From Candidatus Latescibacterota bacterium (lineage in GTDB: Bacteria; Latescibacterota; UBA2968; UBA8231): 64,000 bases of DNA. Where the stretch lies: the NCBI GenBank assembly GCA_965208105.1, contig OZ242318.1:1888001-1952000 (forward strand), in the 5' to 3' direction. Under the pieces are notes generated by a model that worked only from the letters and a program-made list of their open reading frames with translations, made no database searches and had not been told where the DNA came from. Below, piece by piece: positions 56,957-64,000 of this stretch. Numbering within the stretch: position 1 is the stretch's first letter; each line of letters opens with the position of its first letter. The position numbers and the translations under genes were made by a program.

Positions 56957-57532
56957 ATGAATCCAAAGGTCGATGCCTACATCAGGCGGTCCAAAATGTG
57001 GCCGGAGGAGATGGCCGGCCTGCGGCCAACCCTGCTCGGCTGTGGGCTGACCGAGGAGATCAAGTGGGGCAAACCCTGCTATGGCCATGGGGGGAAGAAC
57101 ATCGCAATCCTCCAGGAGATGAAGGAGTTCCTCGCCCTCATGTTCTTCAAGGGCTCCCTGTTGAATGATCCTGAAGAAGTTCTCGAGGAGCAAGGGCCCA
57201 ACTCACGATCAGCACGCCGAATCCGCTTCACCTCGGTCGAGGAGGTCGCCCGGCTGGCCGTCACCGTCAGGGCATACATCGGCGAGGCCATCGCTGTCGA
57301 GGAGGCGGGCCTGAAGGTGGGACCGGCACCCGAGCTCATCCTGGCCGCGGAGCTCCAGAGCCGCCTGGACCAGGACCCCGGGTTTAAAGCAGCCTTCGAG
57401 GCGCTGACTCCTGGCCGCCAACGGGAGTACAACCTGTACTTCTCGGGTGCCAAGCAGGCCGGGACCCGCACGGCGCGAGTCGAACGCTACGTTGAGAAGA
57501 TCCTGGACGGAAGGGGCTTCCGCGACAGGTGA
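56957..57532 (+). CDS. YdeI/OmpD-associated family protein (DUF1801 + OmdA)
   Basis: MNPKVDAY, LTEEIKWGKPCY, LMFFKG and AFEALTPGRQREY...AKQ..TR. Confidence 0.92.
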   Translation: MNPKVDAYIRRSKMWPEEMAGLRPTLLGCGLTEEIKWGKPCYGHGGKNIAILQEMKEFLALMFFKGSLLNDPEEVLEEQGPNSRSARRIRFTSVEEVARLAVTVRAYIGEAIAVEEAGLKVGPAPELILAAELQSRLDQDPGFKAAFEALTPGRQREYNLYFSGAKQAGTRTARVERYVEKILDGRGFRDR

Positions 57533-57610
57533 TTCCCGGACCGGCCAATGTCGGGTCGCGTTCGATGTCTCCGGGGCCAGGCTTTCCGGAATTGGTTCGG
57601 TAATCGCCCG

Positions 57611-60181
57611 TCAGAGACCCGAGTCGTCGAGTCCGGCGTTCTCGAGCATGCGGCGCACCTCCTCCACCGACTTTCCCGTCACCGGCAGGTCCCAACCCAG
57701 GTTGTCGCCGTTTGGGGTGAATCCCCCGCCGTCCACGTCGACCCAGATCGGATTGGTATACGCCAGCGGCTTCATCTCCGCCTGCCAGCTGCTTCCGTAC
57801 CCGGTCGAGAGATCGTGATTCTCTCCCGTGGCCACGACGATGAGATGACTGTCCTGGCTCAATGGCACGTCGATTGTCCGATTGAATTTCTCGATCCCGT
57901 CGCCAAACCACTCCGCATGTGATTCTCTGGTGAAGTTGAGATCGGTTCGCTGCCGGCCATTCACGAGAATCTGCACCCGGTCCACATCGATCCAGTCGGT
58001 GCACTGTACCTTGACCTGGAGAGGCACCGACCCTTGAGCCCGGCTGCTGCCACCGGGCAGCGTGCCATCTCCTGTTTCCACGTTCAAGAACGGACCATTG
58101 GTGACGAACACCTGACCCGCCTTGGCGGTGAGCACGATCTCCTCCCAATCGACCTCCGAAGGCCGGTCGGTGCTGCTGATAACGTAAGACCGCCAGCCAC
58201 CGACCCCGTTGCCGTGCACGGTGTGGGCGTCCGAGACCGCGATCAGCGAATAACGATGGCCGCGATTGAGCATCTGGAGCCAGACGAACTCGCGACGGTG
58301 TCCAACCCTTTCCTCGCCTCTACGCTCGTAGATGGTCCACGGGGAGCGGGCCAGGATCTGATCTCCCCACGCTTCGATACCATCGATCAGATGAGCCAAC
58401 CCCTTGTAGCCGCCGTCTTCGCGGGCGTCGCCATCTCGATCGACGAAATCCAGCGACATATTGGGGTGATTCAGGTGGACCCACCGCTCCGGCATGAGGT
58501 CCTTCCACGGCCTTTGATAGTCGCGCAACACGATCGCATTTATCCGGGGATCGAACTGCCACTCGGGAGCCCCTCCGTCCTGGGCGTAGGGATCGGGTTC
58601 GTACGGGAATGCGTTGAGGTGGGCCCCGGAACCGGTGAGCTCGATTCCTGGTATTGTGGCCAGCTCCTCCGACAACCCCAGCTCGTCGATGAACGGCTGC
58701 CAGTCGTAAAACCGGTTGTGCTCGGTGGTCGGAGCGAATTCTATATGCTCGGCCGCCAGATTGATCACCCGGTCGCGGGAGTTGGTCACGTTGTCGCCGC
58801 TGGGCGTGGAGTGGTTGTGGAAGTCGGTGCTGACCCAGCCCCGGCTGTCGACGAGCCGCCGCAGCCTCCCCTTCACCCGCTCGGTTCGGCCAGGCTGCAG
58901 GCGAATCTCGGTGGCCAGGTGGCTGAACTCGATTCCGCGGGTCACCACCACGCGGTACTCTCCGGACGGGACCTGCACGCTGAAGCGGCCGGTCTCCGAG
59001 TGATACTGGTCGAGACAGCCATGGGCGCGCGTTGCGGGTCCCAGATACGGAGACTCGGTGCCGTTGATTCCGATGAACTGCACCTTGCATGGAGTTGTCT
59101 CCCCATCCTCGCCGCGAATATCCAGGGCGACGCGGGAAGCCTTGGCCATTTCGATATGCAGCGACTGCGAGCCGCCGGCAACCACCTGGACCGACTGTTG
59201 GATCTCCGAGCGCCCCAGGTCGGTGACCTCGAGGTCGTATGGACCTGAAGGCAGCGCGAGCTCGAACCTGCCTGCTCCGTCCGGATAGGCGATCAAAGTG
59301 TCCGAGCCAGTGCTGAGCAAAATGCGGGCGGTGGTCACCGGACTCCCCTTCGGACCAGACACTACACCCGACAAACTCCCCGTCTCTCCCTGCTGCATCG
59401 CGACCAATCCGTACGCCTCGGCGGGAGAGGTGCCGACCGCCAGAAAGCGTTGGAACATACGCTCTCCTCCCGGTTCCAGCTCCAGCGTGTCGGCCGGCGG
59501 GCTGCCGATCCAGCCGAAGGAGTACCCCGCCTTGTCGGCCGGATCGATGGCGTCGGCCACCATGTTCGCGCCCACCATTCGCAGATCCGCCAGCCAACTG
59601 ATCTGGTCATGGGTGGCGATCTGATGGGTTGAATCGGCCTCGTTGCGGACGGTCGTCTCTATGAGCAGGCCCTGTGCACCATCCTCGAGCCTGTAGAGGT
59701 GCCGTTTGTAGAGGCCGTTGTTGTTGGCGGCGGAGACGACCGCTTCGATGCTCGCCTCTCCCGACTCACCGCCTTCAATGATTCGAACGTGGGTGACATC
59801 CCCCTTCTGACCAAAAGGTGCAAATAGAGTGAGCTGGTCGTTGCCGGCGCCGCGCAGCGAAAGGTCGTACAGGCATCCGGGTGTGATATCCCCCCAATAG
59901 GTGAGCATGTTGGCTTTGCGTCCGGGCAGATCGCCGGAGATGGTCGCCTCGATCAACTCGTTGCGAATCACAAAATCCCCCAGAATGCCGTCTGCTTCCT
60001 TGCCGGAAGGCAGCTCCAGTTTGTTGGCTTCACCTACTTCGAAGGCTTCCGCAGCCCTGGCCGGCGAAGCGGCCAGAAGCAGCAGGGCGATCGATATGGG
60101 AATCGCGATTGACGCGATTCGCAGCATCGAAAAAACGGGTTCATTGTGGTTGGATGGGAGCTGAAATACCGAGGCATTCAT
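57611..60181 (-). CDS. Secreted CehA/McbA-like PHP-family metallohydrolase with Ig-like domains
   Basis: Signal peptide (ARA-A), DFHNHS, TTEHN, GIELT, HLNAFP, LNHP, SDAH and FVTNGP. Confidence 0.8.
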   Translation of the reverse strand: MNASVFQLPSNHNEPVFSMLRIASIAIPISIALLLLAASPARAAEAFEVGEANKLELPSGKEADGILGDFVIRNELIEATISGDLPGRKANMLTYWGDITPGCLYDLSLRGAGNDQLTLFAPFGQKGDVTHVRIIEGGESGEASIEAVVSAANNNGLYKRHLYRLEDGAQGLLIETTVRNEADSTHQIATHDQISWLADLRMVGANMVADAIDPADKAGYSFGWIGSPPADTLELEPGGERMFQRFLAVGTSPAEAYGLVAMQQGETGSLSGVVSGPKGSPVTTARILLSTGSDTLIAYPDGAGRFELALPSGPYDLEVTDLGRSEIQQSVQVVAGGSQSLHIEMAKASRVALDIRGEDGETTPCKVQFIGINGTESPYLGPATRAHGCLDQYHSETGRFSVQVPSGEYRVVVTRGIEFSHLATEIRLQPGRTERVKGRLRRLVDSRGWVSTDFHNHSTPSGDNVTNSRDRVINLAAEHIEFAPTTEHNRFYDWQPFIDELGLSEELATIPGIELTGSGAHLNAFPYEPDPYAQDGGAPEWQFDPRINAIVLRDYQRPWKDLMPERWVHLNHPNMSLDFVDRDGDAREDGGYKGLAHLIDGIEAWGDQILARSPWTIYERRGEERVGHRREFVWLQMLNRGHRYSLIAVSDAHTVHGNGVGGWRSYVISSTDRPSEVDWEEIVLTAKAGQVFVTNGPFLNVETGDGTLPGGSSRAQGSVPLQVKVQCTDWIDVDRVQILVNGRQRTDLNFTRESHAEWFGDGIEKFNRTIDVPLSQDSHLIVVATGENHDLSTGYGSSWQAEMKPLAYTNPIWVDVDGGGFTPNGDNLGWDLPVTGKSVEEVRRMLENAGLDDSGL

Positions 60182-60527
60182 GGCTATTCTCCGGGGTGGG
60201 AATGAACGGTTCCTGAAAAAGGTCGCCAGCGGAAAAAACAATCGCAAGATGAATCTCTGGAGGATGGGGGTAGACTGGGTAAGCCTTCTATTGGGGGCGG
60301 CTGCGAAAGGGATTGCAGGCAGGATAGTTGGCTGGGAAATCCCTTCGGGGATCCATCCCGCCCAGTCTAATTGGAATCTGGTTACCAGGCCACACTGGGA
60401 GCCTTGCCCAAAGACCGCAAACGGTCCTCAGAGCTTGCCCGCCCCTGGCGTGGCTCCATCGCCTTGACCGAGCGCCCAAATGTCACCTCATTTCACCTGT
60501 ATAGCCATCGAAATGGAGCTTGATCCC

Positions 60528-60887
60528 ATGGCAGGCAAAGCGAAGAAGAAGGCCGAAGACGAGGCCGCGGTGCTCGAGAAGATTGCCGCGATGCCGGAGC
60601 CCTTCCGGGAAATAGGTGAGCGCATCCACGCGCTCATCAAGGAGAGCGTGCCGGAGCTCAAGCCCAGGGTATGGTACGGCATGCCGGGATATGCCCTGGA
60701 CGGACCGGTGCTCTGCTTCTTCCGGGCGGATGAACGCTACATGACCTTCGGCCTCACCGAGAAGGTGAACCTCTCCGTCGAGGAGGGCGCCCCGCACCGG
60801 CTCATGGGCTGCGCGTGGTTCTTCACCGAACTGGACGATGCAACCGAGGCCAGGATCGCCGGCATCGCGCGCAAGGCCACCGCCTGA
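60528..60887 (+). CDS. DUF1801 (YdhG-like) protein
   Basis: VLEKIAAMP, WYGMPGYA, CFFR and RYMTFG. Confidence 0.85.
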   Translation: MAGKAKKKAEDEAAVLEKIAAMPEPFREIGERIHALIKESVPELKPRVWYGMPGYALDGPVLCFFRADERYMTFGLTEKVNLSVEEGAPHRLMGCAWFFTELDDATEARIAGIARKATA

Positions 60888-60997
60888 GCGGCTAGGTGGT
60901 ATTTGCGCAAGAAAACTGGGCTAACCGCCCGGTCAACCTGCCTCCGCTACCTGGCAATCACATGCCCGCACCTGGGCCTGAATAAAAGGAGACCACC

Positions 60998-62524
60998 ATG
61001 GCTCTGATCGAGATCGGCTCACAGAAGCAGTTGTTCCTCGACGACTACCTGATCGAGAGCATGACCCAGGCCAGGCAGAGCGTCAATCCCGCCGTCAAGG
61101 TGGCTCACAACCCCGTCATCCGGTCCGAGCGCCCCTGGGAAGGCAACCACGTCGCGCTGTCCTCGGTGGTGTTCGACGACGAGGACGGCCTCTTCAAGAT
61201 GTGGTACTCCGCCAGAAACCTGAAGGTGGACCCCCGGTTACTCCCCGGCGGGGCCTCGGGAGTCGTGATCGGCGGCGAGGACGACTCCCCCGTGACCTGC
61301 CTGGCCACCTCCGAGGACGGCATCCACTGGGAGCGGCCGGTGCTGGGGCTGGTGGAGCATGCCGGGTCGAAGGAGAACAACATCGTCCCGCCCGGCATCG
61401 TCGAGTCCCCTTCCTTCCTCGACCGGAACGAGCGCGACCCGGCCAGGCGCTACAAGGCGATGAAGTGGACCATGGACACCACCAAACCCATGCAGTCCAG
61501 CCTCTACTACTCCCCCGACGGGTTGGCGTGGACGCCCTATTCCGGCAATCCCGTCATCGACACCACCCCCGTCGCCGGCCGCTGGGGGCCGACCTACTTC
61601 ATGGGCTGGGACCCCATCCGCGAGACCTACGCGGCCTACGTGGAGTGCAGCCACCACATGCGGACCCTCTACGGCAGGCGGCTCATCGGCCGCGCCGAGA
61701 GTCCCGACATGGTCCACTGGACCGAGCCGGAGACCGTCCTCGTTCCCGACGCCGACGACTATCCCGATACGGAGTTCTATCGCCTGGTGGTTATTCCCTA
61801 CGCCGGGATCTACGTCGGCCTGCTCTGGATCTTCCGCACCACCAACCTGACCCACCACCCCGAGGTCATCGTCAGCCGCGACGGGTTCCACTGGGAGCGC
61901 CCTTACCGGGAGCCGTTCATCGTCCGCGGCGGCCGCCGGGAGGACTTCGATTCCAGCAACGTCTACCTGGGGCAGGCCATCGTGCACGACGGCCGCGTCC
62001 TTCTCTACTACCACGGCACCAACCACCGCGCCGCGCAGCAGATGCTGGAGCTGGGCGAAGCCGCCACCGCGGCCGTCGGGCTGGCGGTCTGTCCCCTGGA
62101 CGGATTCGTGTCGGTGGACGGCGGCAAGGGCTGGGTGGCCCCCCCGGCAGACAGGACCGACCTGGACGGGCTGCACCAGGAGGCCCTGATGCGGGTGCTG
62201 TCCAGCCCCGAAGCATTTGGCCGACTGGTCACGCGCTCCTTCGGCTTCACCGGGTCGAGGCTGCATATCAACTGCGCCGCCACCCCTGTCGCCGCCGGCC
62301 CCGGGCCCGCCGAGCTGCGCGTGGAGGTGCTCACCGCCAACCACCGCAGGATCGAGGGGTTCACCTTCGACGACGCCGACCCCATCACCCGGTCCGGGCA
62401 GGACCACGTCGTCTCCTGGAACGGCGACCCCGAGCTGAGCCGCCTGGCAAACAGGCCGATCAAGCTGAGGTTCTACTTCAAGAACGCCAAGCTCTTCTCT
62501 TTCCAGTTCAGGACGCCCCAATAG
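60998..62524 (+). CDS. Glycoside-hydrolase-like beta-propeller protein (paralog 5)
   Basis: QLFLDD, PWE, FKMWY, ATSEDGIHWERP.LG, DPARRYK, SPDG, SRDGFHW, DGFVS and AKLFSFQF; AAGGAG SD; no signal peptide. Confidence 0.72.
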   Translation: MALIEIGSQKQLFLDDYLIESMTQARQSVNPAVKVAHNPVIRSERPWEGNHVALSSVVFDDEDGLFKMWYSARNLKVDPRLLPGGASGVVIGGEDDSPVTCLATSEDGIHWERPVLGLVEHAGSKENNIVPPGIVESPSFLDRNERDPARRYKAMKWTMDTTKPMQSSLYYSPDGLAWTPYSGNPVIDTTPVAGRWGPTYFMGWDPIRETYAAYVECSHHMRTLYGRRLIGRAESPDMVHWTEPETVLVPDADDYPDTEFYRLVVIPYAGIYVGLLWIFRTTNLTHHPEVIVSRDGFHWERPYREPFIVRGGRREDFDSSNVYLGQAIVHDGRVLLYYHGTNHRAAQQMLELGEAATAAVGLAVCPLDGFVSVDGGKGWVAPPADRTDLDGLHQEALMRVLSSPEAFGRLVTRSFGFTGSRLHINCAATPVAAGPGPAELRVEVLTANHRRIEGFTFDDADPITRSGQDHVVSWNGDPELSRLANRPIKLRFYFKNAKLFSFQFRTPQ

Positions 62525-62935
62525 CCCGGCACGGCCATCTCCCGCCCGCGCCATGGGAAATGACGGCGCCTACCCGGAGCAGCAACCTTCGGCCGGTGAC
62601 TCGGTTCCCACCGGACCTCGGCCCCCGCCTGCACATGCTCGTTCTCGACCGTTTCTAAGTCGGTGGGACGCTTATTGTTCCTATTTGATTTTTCTTGATT
62701 TTCAGTGCCGGGAGTGTTTTATTCCCTTGATAATGCAAGCTGGGTGAAAGCGCAGGACCCAGGTTTGCGGGTTCTCATTCAAACCGACCGGTGAACGGTT
62801 GTTCATTTTCCTGCACTTAATTATTTTCCCTGCACCAAATCAGAGAGAAGAAAGGAGGTAGATGCAGGAGAGTTTTTCGATGGGAGGCGGATTGGTGGGC
62901 AATTTGATCGCCAAATTTTAACCAGGAGGAAAACC

Positions 62936-64000
62936 ATGCGTGCATTGCGCATCAGTTTATTTGGACTGGCCCTCGGCGTGCTGGCCGCGGGCACGGCTTG
63001 GGCCGAGGAACAGGCACCGACCTTCCCCTCCTCACCCGACTGGGATGGCAACTTCTCTCAGCCCGAGGTTTCCGGGGTGTTCAACCCCATGCGGATTACG
63101 GTCGAGGACGTGGCCTATGACGGGCAGGGCAGTGCGACCATCCCCTTCAGCCTCAACCAGCGCGGCCGGGCCTGGGTGGCCATCTACGAGACGGGCAACA
63201 CCGAGACCGGACGAACCGGACCCTTCGGCGCCTGGTGGCGCTTCGAACCGCAGGACAAGTTCGTGGCCATGACACCGGACCAGATCTTCGAGGCGGGCAG
63301 GAACACGATCACCTGGGACGGGAATGACTGGGAGGGCAATGCCGCGGGGGCCGGCCAGTACGAATTCGACCTGATCGCGGTCAACAACATCGACAAGCCC
63401 GTCCTGGCTGGTCCCGGCTCCGGCACCGGTTTCGGCCACAACCGCATCGACACCCGCCATGACCCGGCCGAGATCTGGTGTCAGGAAGCCGACCGCGCCG
63501 GAGGCGACGGCCTGTACGGGGCCGGCGACATCATCCGCGGCACCATGGGCACCGACTACCTTGCCAACCCGAACGCCTGGGAGCGCTGGACCTACAACGA
63601 CGTGCTGAATTTCGAAGGGGCGCGCACCCTGGGCGGATTCCGCCCTGACGACGCCAGCACCGAGATCTTCTGGACCACCCAGCACAGCGGTGAGTTCGGA
63701 GGGCTCTACAAGATGATCATCAATCGCTCGGCCAGAGCCTGGGACCGGGACGAATCCTTCGGCGACAACGGCTTTGCCGCCAACAAGGAGGACAGAATCG
63801 TTGGGATCGAGCCCTGGGAACCTCTGGGCATCGTCTACGCGGGGCACGACAGCAAGGGCGATGTGCCCTTCCCCTCCATCGAGTCATGGGACAAGACTTC
63901 GGGCGAGATCAGCCGCGAGTTCGACATGTCCGACATCTATATCCTCTCCAGGACCGATGACGAGGGCAATGAGGTGGTCTTCGCAACGGGTCCGCGCAAT
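62936..64000 (+). CDS. Secreted protein with N-terminal FlgD-Ig-like domain followed by a beta-propeller-like region, partial
   Basis: Absent from the ORF track (no stop in window). AGGAGG SD; MRALRISLFGLALGVLAAGTAWA signal; IPFSLNQ..RAWVAIY...AGRNTITWDGNDWEGN..GAGQYEF matches the FlgD-Ig pattern. Confidence 0.8.
   Translation, partial: MRALRISLFGLALGVLAAGTAWAEEQAPTFPSSPDWDGNFSQPEVSGVFNPMRITVEDVAYDGQGSATIPFSLNQRGRAWVAIYETGNTETGRTGPFGAWWRFEPQDKFVAMTPDQIFEAGRNTITWDGNDWEGNAAGAGQYEFDLIAVNNIDKPVLAGPGSGTGFGHNRIDTRHDPAEIWCQEADRAGGDGLYGAGDIIRGTMGTDYLANPNAWERWTYNDVLNFEGARTLGGFRPDDASTEIFWTTQHSGEFGGLYKMIINRSARAWDRDESFGDNGFAANKEDRIVGIEPWEPLGIVYAGHDSKGDVPFPSIESWDKTSGEISREFDMSDIYILSRTDDEGNEVVFATGPRN

Noticed and set aside
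1-64000. Selenoprotein (in-frame TGA + SECIS) or tRNA-Sec, prompted by selA/selB
   Set aside because: The recognised TGA-ending genes look full-length, and no tRNA with a TCA anticodon was seen; checked by eye only

Overview
This is GC-rich diderm bacterial chromosomal DNA. Gene content suggests the FCB superphylum, most likely a Candidatus Latescibacterota-like lineage (inference from SprA, a DUF6785-type permease, expanded beta-propeller paralogs and an FlgD-Ig secreted protein). The left half is mainly envelope and housekeeping genes: partial sprA (not in the ORF track), lptF-lptG, selA, a 7xLysM amidase, ATP-grasp/larE/def, tRNA-Asp, an operon running tRNA-His, rfaE2, cpoB, bamD, nadD, thrC, tRNA-Arg, then glcB, selB, tsaC, sppA and thpR. 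The right half is catabolic and accessory: five paralogous signal-less glycosidase-like propeller proteins (one at 27.8 kb, four between 42 and 62.5 kb), a DUF6785-like permease, and a ~51-57.5 kb patch of decayed mobile DNA. That patch holds an orphan structured element resembling an IS110 left end/bridge RNA, broken higBA and hicBA toxin-antitoxin modules, and an ABC-F gene preceded by two tandem terminators. A 166-bp IS630-type MITE sits on a CTAG stop codon at 25.3 kb. No CRISPR array, rRNA or tRNA-Sec was seen. All family calls come from motif recognition by eye, not database searches.
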